Of a DNA stretch of 64,000 nucleotides, positions 21,276 through 29,551 are shown in pieces. Position 1 is the stretch's first letter. Each line of letters begins with the position of its first letter. This stretch comes from Minisyncoccia bacterium (GTDB taxonomy: Bacteria > Patescibacteriota > Minisyncoccia > Phycocordibacterales > UBA5272), in the NCBI GenBank assembly GCA_038256975.1, contig JBBSJU010000001.1:59087-123086 (forward strand). The letters are read 5' to 3'. A program made the position numbers and the translations under genes. The notes under the pieces were generated by a model. That model did no database searches. It was not told the DNA's origin and saw only the letters and a program-made list of their open reading frames with translations.

Positions 21276-21612
21276 AGTTGAGTACTCCATTCTGGGTCTC
21301 GAATTGGAACAAGACAGGGTTGAAGTCTTTGGGAGGGTCAACGATCACGTCGCAACAGTTTGCGAAGACAATCCGTCTTCCGTCGAACAGTTTTTTCTCG
21401 AGAACGTGTCGCATGCCGTCGGCAACAACACGCTTGATTTGTGCCGCAAGCGGAGTTGCGGGGTCTTCCTTGTGGTGGATACCCATACTCAGACCTTTGA
21501 ACCAGGCGAATGCCAGAGGAAGGTCTTTTTGGATTGCTCCGTAGAGTGTATCTTCCAGTTGTTCGACACTCATTCCGGTGGTGTCGACGTGAGCGATTGA
21601 AGGCAAGGACAT
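21262..21612 (-). CDS. Hypothetical protein (NCCD motif, C-terminal Cys)
   Basis: AGGAG 7 nt upstream of ATG 21612; GC-richer than its neighbours. Confidence 0.55.
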   Translation of the reverse strand: MSLPSIAHVDTTGMSVEQLEDTLYGAIQKDLPLAFAWFKGLSMGIHHKEDPATPLAAQIKRVVADGMRHVLEKKLFDGRRIVFANCCDVIVDPPKDFNPVLFQFETQNGVLNYADC

Positions 21613-21700
21613 GTCAGTTCTCCTAAGTGATATTGGGGTTGATGATGAAGGAACATTCGAACGCTTCACCTGTATGAATACAGGTGAAGCGTATAGAACA

Positions 21701-22528
21701 TTACTTTCCAGATTTCATATCTTGAAAATCTTTAATAGTCGAGAGGTTTCCTCTTTTCTTTAACTTCTTAACTTCCTCAATAACAGAAACCATTGCTTGT
21801 TTTGTTGCATCTTTAACTTTCACATAGTCATAATTCATAACATTTTCATCAAAAGGAATCTCACCTAATATTTTCTCGCCATTCTTCGCAACAAAGTCTT
21901 TATAGAATTCATTGTCTGTAGGCTTGTTAACTACAGCAAAGCAAGGAATGAGTGACTTTCTACAAATATCTTGAATCTGCTCAAACACCTTAATGCTGTT
22001 TCTGTGTGGTTCTACAACACCAATCACGGCATCTATTCCTGCGTATAATCCGTAATTGAGCATGTCAGCTCCCGCAACACTATCTATAACGACAAAGTCA
22101 TCTTTCTCATCAAGAAGTCCAAGATAATACTTAAGTGGACTAGAGAGTCCGTGGGCACACTTACCAGAAAACATTACATCAGGTGCACCAAGACCAATGT
22201 TTATGAGTGAAACTTTGTCACTTACATATATAGCAATAGAAGATGTATACGAATCTTGGGGGTTGGTAGTAAAAGAAGGGAGAGTGTTTGTGTCTTTATT
22301 AAGTACCCCACTTACTTTTGCCACACCGACATATTCCATAAACGCTTGTTCGGTTTTGTGCATGAGTAGAGTGGTCTCGGGATTAAGCCCTAAGTTGCTC
22401 GTTAGGTCCATGTTGTGATCTGCATCAATCGCCAACACAAAAGAACCCATATCTTCTATAGTCTTAACCGCAAGCCATGATACAGAGCTTTTGCCGCTCC
22501 CCCCTTTTCCTACAAATGCCGCTTTCAT
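21701..22528 (-). CDS. CooC-like (MinD/Mrp family) ATPase
   Basis: Deviant Walker A GKGGSGKS, AIDAD.N.DL...LG, DSVAG, VVNK, IPFD. Confidence 0.8.
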   Translation of the reverse strand: MKAAFVGKGGSGKSSVSWLAVKTIEDMGSFVLAIDADHNMDLTSNLGLNPETTLLMHKTEQAFMEYVGVAKVSGVLNKDTNTLPSFTTNPQDSYTSSIAIYVSDKVSLINIGLGAPDVMFSGKCAHGLSSPLKYYLGLLDEKDDFVVIDSVAGADMLNYGLYAGIDAVIGVVEPHRNSIKVFEQIQDICRKSLIPCFAVVNKPTDNEFYKDFVAKNGEKILGEIPFDENVMNYDYVKVKDATKQAMVSVIEEVKKLKKRGNLSTIKDFQDMKSGK

Positions 22529-22596
22529 ATAAACGCAATAGTATTGCGTTTATAATACTAACTTAGATACAATATTATTGCAATACGGTTGCATTA
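22529..22596. promoter_or_regulatory. Fur-family-type operator palindromes in a divergent promoter
   Basis: ATAAACGCAATA-G-TATTGCGTTTAT (22529-22553) and related TGCAAT-AC-GGTTGCA (about 22579-22593). Confidence 0.7.
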
Positions 22597-22615
22597 ATGG
22601 CATACTAATGCAACT

Positions 22616-23044
22616 ATGAAATCGAAAGACTTAACCTTCTGTGAAGATATTCTCAAAGGACATAAGTTTCGGGTGACTCCAGGAAGGGTGGCCCTTCTTC
22701 TTTTTTTAAAACACAAAGAAAAGCCCCTTTCTGTTCCTGACATACAAAAACAAATGCCGTACTCAATGGATAAGGTGACCCTTTATCGCGCTCTTGAGGA
22801 TTTTGCTCAGTCTAAAATTGTTGCAAAGATTAGTCTGCGAGATGCGGCGACATACTATGAGTTTATTCACGCTAACCATCACCATCATCATGTTGTGTGT
22901 GAAAAGTGCGGAAAAATCGAAGATATTGAAAGTTGCAATCAAGATTCTCTTCAAAAAGAAATCCTTAAGTCTGCAAAAAGTTTTAAAATTATCAATTCTC
23001 ACTCATTGGAATTCTTCGGTATTTGTAAAGAGTGTGATAAATAA
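22616..23044 (+). CDS. Fur family metalloregulator (Zur/Nur-like)
   Basis: RVTPGR, TLYRAL, HHHHHVVCEKC, FFGICKEC. Confidence 0.9.
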   Translation: MKSKDLTFCEDILKGHKFRVTPGRVALLLFLKHKEKPLSVPDIQKQMPYSMDKVTLYRALEDFAQSKIVAKISLRDAATYYEFIHANHHHHHVVCEKCGKIEDIESCNQDSLQKEILKSAKSFKIINSHSLEFFGICKECDK

Positions 23045-23066
23045 ATATTTAGATATACTACTTAGT

Positions 23067-24200
23067 ATGATGAACGTAAAGAAAGTTTTAATAACATCTC
23101 TTTTTACAACACTACTTTTACCACTACTTTCATATGCGCAAGAAACTATTTTAGTCCCAGGCGTTGAGGTTTTTCAAAAAGCAAAAGTACTTACAGTAGA
23201 GAGTCAAGACGTAACTACGATTCTCGGAACACAGACCGTGGTACCAACACAAACACTTAAAGTTGAAATCCTTGAGGGGGTCCATGTGGGGAAAGTGGTT
23301 ACTTTTGAAAATGATTACATTCAGCTTTCGGCAGGTGATAGTTTCTATGCTCGGTACCAAAAAGATTCTTTGAGTGGCGATGAGTATTGGTCAGTGTCTA
23401 GTCCGTATAGGTTGGATGTTCTCGGCTGGCTTTTAATTGCTTTTATCGTGCTCATTGGCCTCTTTGGAGGTATTCAAGGGGTGCGGGGTTTTGCTAGTCT
23501 TATTGGGAGCTTGTTTCTCATATTTTACATTCTCGTACCTGGAATCTATGGCGGATACAATGCTGTGGCCATAAGCATTACAGTTGCTTCTCTTATCATT
23601 ATTGTTGGATCGTACATTACCCATGGTTTCAATAGAACCACCACAGCTGCTATTTTCGGGATGATTTTGACGGTCATTTTTACTGGACTTGTTGCGTACT
23701 ATATAGTCGATGTCGCACACCTGAGTGGATATGACAGTGAGGAGAGTATGTTTCTGAACCTAAACACACAAGGAAGTATCGATATGGTTGGCCTTTTGTT
23801 TGGTGGAATTATGATCGGACTTCTTGGTGTTCTGTACGATATTGCAATCGGGCAAGCCGTTGCTATAGAGGAACTATTTCGAGCGGGGAGACAATTGACG
23901 CGCAAAGAAGTTTACAAACGGGGAATACGGATTGGTAGAGAGCACATTGGTGCATTGGTTAACACGCTTGCGATTGCATATGTTGGTGCATCTTTACCGC
24001 TTCTTTTGCTCATGCAAAATTCGACGACAGGGATCCTTTTTATTATAAACAGTGAGATTTTTGCTACTGAAATCGTACGTATACTAATTGGAAGCATAGG
24101 GCTCATACTTGCTGTACCCATCACAACACTCATTGCTTCGCATATGTTGTATGGAAAAGAAACGCCATTTCAAAAATCTACTCATAATCATACACACTAG
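23067..24200 (+). CDS. YibE/F family membrane protein
   Basis: IGLLGVL.D, G..IGR.HIG..VNTL..AY.G..LP, EI.R...GSIG...AVP.TT; C-terminal HNHTH. Confidence 0.85.
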   Translation: MMNVKKVLITSLFTTLLLPLLSYAQETILVPGVEVFQKAKVLTVESQDVTTILGTQTVVPTQTLKVEILEGVHVGKVVTFENDYIQLSAGDSFYARYQKDSLSGDEYWSVSSPYRLDVLGWLLIAFIVLIGLFGGIQGVRGFASLIGSLFLIFYILVPGIYGGYNAVAISITVASLIIIVGSYITHGFNRTTTAAIFGMILTVIFTGLVAYYIVDVAHLSGYDSEESMFLNLNTQGSIDMVGLLFGGIMIGLLGVLYDIAIGQAVAIEELFRAGRQLTRKEVYKRGIRIGREHIGALVNTLAIAYVGASLPLLLLMQNSTTGILFIINSEIFATEIVRILIGSIGLILAVPITTLIASHMLYGKETPFQKSTHNHTH

Positions 24201-24296
24201 ACCTCTTGCATATCTAGAGCGAATAATAGTTTTTCTTTGGGTGGGGGAAGGTCTGGCAAAGAAAAACTATTTGTGAGTGAAGGATTTGCAAGAGGT
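24201..24296 (+). repeat. Structured repeat family B, copy 1
   Basis: Long hairpin with apical GGTGGGGGAAGGTCTGG; homologous to 26852-26938 (+) and 52577-52657 (-). Confidence 0.85.
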
Positions 24297-24339
24297 ACAT
24301 TAAAAAACACCTGCATGTTGCAGGTGTTTTTTAATGTGT
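24297..24339. terminator. Bidirectional intrinsic terminator
   Basis: ACATTAAAAAACACCTGCA...TGCAGGTGTTTTTTAATGT between convergent genes. Confidence 0.8.
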
Positions 24340-24347
24340 AGAGAATC

Positions 24348-24698
24348 TTACTTTGTTTTTACCTGAGCGATAATCTTCTTGAAAAGCTCTGGATACTCTG
24401 CGGCAATTTCTGAAAGCATTTTTCGATTGAGGAGAACGTTTGCTTTCTTTGCTGCACCAATGAATGCACTGTATGTTGTGCCATTTTCTCGGAGGGCAGC
24501 ATTGAGGCGAACGCTCCAGAGTCGACGGAAGTCATTCTTCTTGTCTTTTCGGTGTGCAAACGCATGTGCGCCAGCTTTAGTGAGCGCTACTTTTGCTGCT
24601 CGTTCCTTGGTACTTCGTCCGTTACGAAATCCTTTAGCAGCTTTTAGTACTGAACGTCGTCGTTTTGCACCTATGGTTCCTTTTTTTACTCGTGGCAT
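24348..24698 (-). CDS. rplT: 50S ribosomal protein L20
   Basis: MPRVKKG, AKGF, FRRLW..R.NAA, LNRKML. Confidence 0.97.
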   Translation of the reverse strand: MPRVKKGTIGAKRRRSVLKAAKGFRNGRSTKERAAKVALTKAGAHAFAHRKDKKNDFRRLWSVRLNAALRENGTTYSAFIGAAKKANVLLNRKMLSEIAAEYPELFKKIIAQVKTK

Positions 24699-24717
24699 AT
24701 TGTTATTAAAAGATAAG

Positions 24718-24909
24718 TTATTTTATGAGTCCAGGGAGAAACTGACGCTTTTCTCGAGATGTCATAGGGAAGGCAACGGGCTTTTTACCAGCAAGCTGTT
24801 TTGTTCGCTTTTGTTTCGCGTTGTAGTGATTAAAGCCTGGCGCTCGTCCGAGGATTTTACCGTTCTTCGTTACTTTTAGTCGTTTTGTATATGATTTGTT
24901 TGTTTTCAT
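24718..24909 (-). CDS. rpmI: 50S ribosomal protein L35
   Basis: MKTNKS..KR.KVT..GK; lies between infC and rplT. Confidence 0.92.
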   Translation of the reverse strand: MKTNKSYTKRLKVTKNGKILGRAPGFNHYNAKQKRTKQLAGKKPVAFPMTSREKRQFLPGLIK

Positions 24910-24920
24910 ACGGATGTAGC

Positions 24921-25442
24921 CTACTTTTTTCGTTCAATGGTAACCATGAATCCTCCTTTTGGAGTTTTTTTGATTGGCTCAGCAATTTTGTAATCTTCAG
25001 TGAGGAGGATGAGTACTCGCTCGAGTCTTCCCCTGAGAAAACTTTCTTCAAGATACTTCTCTCGTCCTCGAAGGTAAAGGTCAAACTGTACTCGATGGCC
25101 TTCTTTGAGCCATTTTGATGCCTGGCGTGCCTTTATTTCAAGATCGTTATCTCCTGTTCCTAGTTTTACCTGAAGACTTTTGGTCTCAGTAACTTTTGCT
25201 TTTGCCTTTACATCCTTGAGCTTTTTTGATGTGTCGTATTGGTATTTACCGTAATCCGTTATCTTTACGATAGGGGGAACGGCGCCAGGACTAACTTCAA
25301 TAAGATCAAGCTGTAATGCTCGAGCACGCGCGAGCGCATCCTCGATACTTAGAACTCCCAAGTTTCCACCTTGCGGATCAATGACTCGCACTTCACGAGC
25401 GCGTATCTGCTCATTAATTCTTGTTTTGTCTTTGTCTTTCAA
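24921..25442 (-). CDS. infC: Translation initiation factor IF-3 (non-ATG start)
   Basis: RINEQIRAREVRVI, DYGKYQY, RGRE; TTG start. Confidence 0.95.
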   Translation of the reverse strand: MKDKDKTRINEQIRAREVRVIDPQGGNLGVLSIEDALARARALQLDLIEVSPGAVPPIVKITDYGKYQYDTSKKLKDVKAKAKVTETKSLQVKLGTGDNDLEIKARQASKWLKEGHRVQFDLYLRGREKYLEESFLRGRLERVLILLTEDYKIAEPIKKTPKGGFMVTIERKK

Positions 25443-25542
25443 AGTGGTGAACGAAATAGGTTACTAAGTGCTACGTACTATACTCTGAAAGCTGTTTTTG
25501 GTCAATATATCTATCCGTTTATTTGTGTATACAATAGGTAGT

Positions 25543-26820
25543 ATGAAAAAGGGGAGAATACACTGCATCGGCATAGGAGGAATCGGGCTTTCTGCCTTGG
25601 CACAATATTTTGTAGATCTTGGACATATAGTCTCAGGTACGGATCAAACAGAATCAAAAATAACAGCTCTTTTGGGAAGGGGGGGGATTGCTGTTGCCAT
25701 AGGACATCATCCGGAATTAATTACAGGCGACATCGAGCAAATTTTTTATACAGCAGCCCTTCCAGATTCTGATCCTGAACTTGTCCGTGCTCGAGAACTT
25801 GGCATCCCAACTTTTACCTATGCCCAAGGACTTGGCATGATTTCAAAAAACAAAAAGACAATTGCAGTTGCCGGGTCGCATGGGAAAACAAGTACGACCG
25901 CGATGATCGCGCATATTCTCCGTGAGGCACGAGTTGATCCAACGGTCATTGTCGGTAGTCTTCTTGCAAAAGACGGAACAAATTTCATCGCAGGAAAAGG
26001 CGAATTGTTTATTGTTGAATCGTGTGAGTACAAGAAATCGTTTCTTGAGATTGATCCATGGCTTGCGGTGGTAACAAACATAGACAACGACCATCTTGAT
26101 TATTACGGTACTATTGAAAATTTAGTTGCTACTTTCAAAACATTTGTTGAAAAAGTTCCCGAGAATGGTTTTGTTGTTGTTGATCGCACGCTTCCGTACA
26201 TGGAAGAAATACTTTCTTCTGTCAGGGGCACAGTGATAGATGTATCTGGAAAATCTTTTGATTTTAATTTGCTTGTTCCTGGAGATCATATGAAAAAAAA
26301 TGCGCGACTCGCAGCCTCTGTCGCAGAACTTATTTCTGTGGCTCACTCTGATGCTCGTACGTATTTAGAAACATTTGCAGGCACATGGCGGCGTTCACAA
26401 TATGTGGGTCTCACAACTGCGGGAGCAATGGTCTTTGATGATTACGGCCATCACCCCACAGAAATACAGGCAACCTTGAAAGGTTTCAAGGAGAAATACG
26501 CTGACAAAAAAATAGTGGTTCTTTTCCAGCCACATCTTTTTTCACGCACGAAGCTTTTGTTTAATGACTTTGTAGAATCTTTTTATGATGCAAGCACAGT
26601 CTATGTGGCACCCATATATGCCGCTCGAAAAGAAGATACACAGGATATATCTTCTGAAATCCTTGTCTTTGCATTGCAACAAAAAGGTGTGAATGCTCAC
26701 GTGTATACCGAGGATCATTTTGAAATACTGAAAAATCTCCCTGACGATTCTCTTGTTATCACGCTTGGAGCAGGGGAGATGAATAAAGTAAGCGAAGCGC
26801 TGACAGAAAAAGTCGCGTAG
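25543..26820 (+). CDS. murC: UDP-N-acetylmuramate-L-alanine ligase
   Basis: IGIGGIG.S, AGSHGKTSTT, TNIDNDHLD, DDYGHHPTEI, FQPH. Confidence 0.93.
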   Translation: MKKGRIHCIGIGGIGLSALAQYFVDLGHIVSGTDQTESKITALLGRGGIAVAIGHHPELITGDIEQIFYTAALPDSDPELVRARELGIPTFTYAQGLGMISKNKKTIAVAGSHGKTSTTAMIAHILREARVDPTVIVGSLLAKDGTNFIAGKGELFIVESCEYKKSFLEIDPWLAVVTNIDNDHLDYYGTIENLVATFKTFVEKVPENGFVVVDRTLPYMEEILSSVRGTVIDVSGKSFDFNLLVPGDHMKKNARLAASVAELISVAHSDARTYLETFAGTWRRSQYVGLTTAGAMVFDDYGHHPTEIQATLKGFKEKYADKKIVVLFQPHLFSRTKLLFNDFVESFYDASTVYVAPIYAARKEDTQDISSEILVFALQQKGVNAHVYTEDHFEILKNLPDDSLVITLGAGEMNKVSEALTEKVA

Positions 26821-26851
26821 GTCCTCAGGGGTGTATACTTACTAGACTGAC

Positions 26852-26938
26852 TGCATATTTAGAACGAACAACATTTTTCTTTGAGTAGGGGAAGGTCTGG
26901 CAAAGAAAAATGTTTGTGAGTGAAGGATATGCAAGAGG
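26852..26938 (+). repeat. Structured repeat family B, copy 2
   Basis: Same apical loop and internal loop as 24201-24296, with a compensated stem. Confidence 0.85.
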
Positions 26939-26945
26939 CCTATAT

Positions 26946-27338
26946 ATGTCATATTTTCTTTCACTCTTTGCTTCTGCATTTGTAATATTTGCAGCAATCG
27001 ATGTTTTCGCCATCACCTACATCATCACCCCGTTCTATCGTTCCAAAGTTCCTGAAATTCTAGCTTCAAAATTCGCACTTCTTCCAGCCCTTTCTTTTTA
27101 CATTATTTATATCGCTGGAATTGTATATTTTGCAATTATGCCTGCTCTCAAATCAGGTTCTATATTGAATGCATTTATAAACGGAGCGTTGCTCGGCGCT
27201 TTTGCATACGCAACATTTACCCTCACCAATATGGCCATTCTTAAAAATTGGCCATTCGTTATTGCTGCCTCAGATATTTTATGGGGCGCACTTTTGACAG
27301 GGACAGTTGCTGCGCTTGTGGTCTGGTTTTTCAAATAA
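26946..27338 (+). CDS. DUF2177 family membrane protein
   Basis: GALLG..AYAT..LTN.A.LK.W......D..WG. Confidence 0.8.
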   Translation: MSYFLSLFASAFVIFAAIDVFAITYIITPFYRSKVPEILASKFALLPALSFYIIYIAGIVYFAIMPALKSGSILNAFINGALLGAFAYATFTLTNMAILKNWPFVIAASDILWGALLTGTVAALVVWFFK

Positions 27339-27384
27339 CTTCTTCTTGTTTGCCAAGGAAATAGGCTACGCTATACTAAAAGAT

Positions 27385-27534
27385 ATGTTAGACCATCCTG
27401 TGTTCAAAATGTCTTTCTTCTTTGCTCTTATTATTGGGGCGACTATTTTTCTTTTGGGTGTTTCTGGATACTACGACCAAGGTGCTGCGCCAGGGCAAGA
27501 AGGTGCACTTCAAAAGTTTTTCAAGTTTGAGTAA
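27385..27534 (+). CDS. Small single-TM protein
   Basis: 49-aa ORF with one TM segment; TATACT 7 nt upstream of the ATG. Confidence 0.45.
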   Translation: MLDHPVFKMSFFFALIIGATIFLLGVSGYYDQGAAPGQEGALQKFFKFE

Positions 27535-27756
27535 TTTTTTAGCCGGAGTGATCATATAAATTCTAAACCTTGTTTTAAGGTGGTATTTGACAAAGTTTAT
27601 ATTAATGTGTTTAATTGATAACAAAGTTCTTTGATACAAGCTTGCAAGTGACTATAGTCAAAAAACTATTACAACGCTAAATAAAAAGCTAGGTGTTTTT
27701 GGCTATGGTTACCAAAACAGTAACCGAGTAAACCACGAAAAAACCAAGGAGAGTCT

Positions 27757-28194
27757 ATGAATACCCGTGTTCGTGTTCCTCATTATTTTGCCGATGTCCC
27801 CCCAATCTTATTGATCGAGAATTGGTCTACCCTTGATCAAGAATTGGTCTACGATCGACTCTGGCGGTTTGGACCGCAAAGATATGATTTGGCGAAGATC
27901 AAGGTTTCTCGGTCCACCAACTCAGACGTCTTACTTATTATCAAAGATGTTGAGAGTCTGAAGGGGTGTCTGGGTCTCCAGGATGCATTGCAGATTCAGA
28001 AAAAAGGTCCGTGTGTTTTTCGAGACTTGTTCGGGCTTGGTAGTGCACTATGTTGCTTGAAGTCTGTTACGAGTCTCAAGGGAAAATTTTACGCACCATC
28101 TCTTCGGGAGTACGGAGATCAGTTGGGAGTGTTTTGGACTGATTTGTCTATAGGGCACGACGATTGGCTTATTGCTCGGTTTCCAGTAAGTTGA
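27757..28194 (+). CDS. Hypothetical protein, possible degenerate DGR-target-like
   Basis: Own TTGACA-17-TTTAAT promoter, structured leader, AGGAG SD and terminator; CLGLQDA..IQKKG..VFR..F segment and W-rich C-terminus. Confidence 0.55.
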   Translation: MNTRVRVPHYFADVPPILLIENWSTLDQELVYDRLWRFGPQRYDLAKIKVSRSTNSDVLLIIKDVESLKGCLGLQDALQIQKKGPCVFRDLFGLGSALCCLKSVTSLKGKFYAPSLREYGDQLGVFWTDLSIGHDDWLIARFPVS

Positions 28195-28283
28195 TGACTA
28201 ACGAGCGACCGTGTTCATTTCAGGAGTAGCCACCCAAAACTGGGTGGCTTTTGTATTTCTGGACTTTTATGTTACATTGTCCG

Positions 28284-28428
28284 AGTAAATCCGTAGACAG
28301 CAGGCGTTTATAAGTCCTGCCGAGGTGCTCGCAATATCAAGGTTTATTCCTTACTATTGCAACTTCTCCTACTTCAGAAAAGATTTACCGTAAAAGCTTT
28401 GCTTTTGCGTTTGAACTATTACAACATT
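28284..28428 (+). promoter_or_regulatory. L10 leader (rplJL autoregulatory RNA)
   Basis: CCGTAGACAGCAGG...TAA...CCTGCCGAGG directly upstream of rplJ. Confidence 0.8.
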
Positions 28429-28926
28429 ATGGCAATATCACGAACAAAAAAAGGCGAACTCGTCTCGGGTATGACAACCATGGTGCGTGATGCAGGATCT
28501 GTTGTCTTTGTAAAATTTAAAGGTCTTAAAGTAAATGATGCAAATGAACTTCGAAAGAAGCTCAAAGCAGAACAAGTAGACTTTACCGTTACAAAGAAAT
28601 CACTCTTGAATCGTGCTTTGGAAGCCAACAAAGTCTCAGGTGAACAACCAGCTTTGGAAGGTGCAGTTGCTATTGCGTACGGAAAAGATCTTCTTTCTCC
28701 AGCGCGCGAAGTACATGCATTTTACAAAACCCATAAAGACGAGCTCTCTATAATCGGTGGTGTGTTTGAAGGAAAGTACATGAATGCGGCAGAAATGTCT
28801 GTAATCGCAACTATCCCTTCACGCGAGACACTCATCGCTCAGATTCTTATGCTTATTCAGTCACCAATTCGTGGATTCGCGGTGGCAGTAGGCGAAATCG
28901 CAAAACAGAAAGAAACCACAAACTAA
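28429..28926 (+). CDS. rplJ: 50S ribosomal protein L10
   Basis: MAISRTKK, GLKV...ELRK.L, IPSRE.L..Q. Confidence 0.95.
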   Translation: MAISRTKKGELVSGMTTMVRDAGSVVFVKFKGLKVNDANELRKKLKAEQVDFTVTKKSLLNRALEANKVSGEQPALEGAVAIAYGKDLLSPAREVHAFYKTHKDELSIIGGVFEGKYMNAAEMSVIATIPSRETLIAQILMLIQSPIRGFAVAVGEIAKQKETTN

Positions 28927-28952
28927 CTTTAGTAAACTATTAAAAAAAGAGT

Positions 28953-29345
28953 ATGGACGAAATGAAAAAAGAAGTACCTGCAAAATTTGCAGACTTGGTA
29001 AAGAATATCGAGACTATGTCAGTGCTCGATCTTCATGAATTAGTAAAAACACTTGAAAATCACTTCGGAGTTTCTGCAGCAGCAGTTGCAGTTTCAGGTG
29101 GGCAAGCTGCGGGAGCTGAAGTGGCTGAGGCGAAAGACGCTTACACACTTCACCTTGTTTCAGCTGGCGAAGCTAAAATCGGTGTGATGAAAGTAATCAA
29201 GGAAGCACTCGGTCTTGGTCTTAAGGAAGCAAAAGACATGGTAGACGGAGCACCAATTGATGTGAAAGTGGGACTCAAGAAAGCTGAAGCTGATGATCTC
29301 AAAAAGAAAATCGAAGAAGCTGGAGGAAAGGTTGAACTTAAATAA
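28953..29345 (+). CDS. rplL: 50S ribosomal protein L7/L12
   Basis: FGVSAAA, GLGLKEAKD.V, EAGGKVELK. Confidence 0.97.
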   Translation: MDEMKKEVPAKFADLVKNIETMSVLDLHELVKTLENHFGVSAAAVAVSGGQAAGAEVAEAKDAYTLHLVSAGEAKIGVMKVIKEALGLGLKEAKDMVDGAPIDVKVGLKKAEADDLKKKIEEAGGKVELK

Positions 29346-29473
29346 CGAAGTTATTTGCCGCTTTTCAGCCGGAGGCGCGTCGGCGCTGACCCAGTAGGTC
29401 ATTCTGCTGAATGAGGCGGGGTCGCGTAAATTTTCGTCAGAAAATTATACGTGACAAAGTGGAACTTAAATAA
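29346..29473 (+). repeat. REP-like structured element (family C) ending in a duplicate of the rplL 3' end
   Basis: ACCCAGTAGGTCATTCTGCTGAATGAG shared (1 mismatch) with the reverse strand at 49934-49960; GAACTTAAATAA direct repeat at 29334 and 29462. Confidence 0.75.
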
Positions 29474-29486
29474 GTTTTCTTTTCAA

Positions 29487-29524
29487 AAAACAAAACCCGC
29501 ACATAAATGTGCGGGTTTTGTTTT
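29487..29524 (+). terminator. Intrinsic terminator of rplJL
   Basis: AAAACAAAACCCGCACAT-AA-ATGTGCGGGTTTTGTTTT. Confidence 0.8.
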
Positions 29525-29551
29525 GTTCTAATTAAGGCATACAATCACTGT

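Noticed and set aside
22794-23066. N-terminal extension of the YibE/F ORF overlapping the Fur gene
   Set aside because: Longest-ORF artefact; ATG 23067 follows a -10 box and begins a signal-peptide-like sequence
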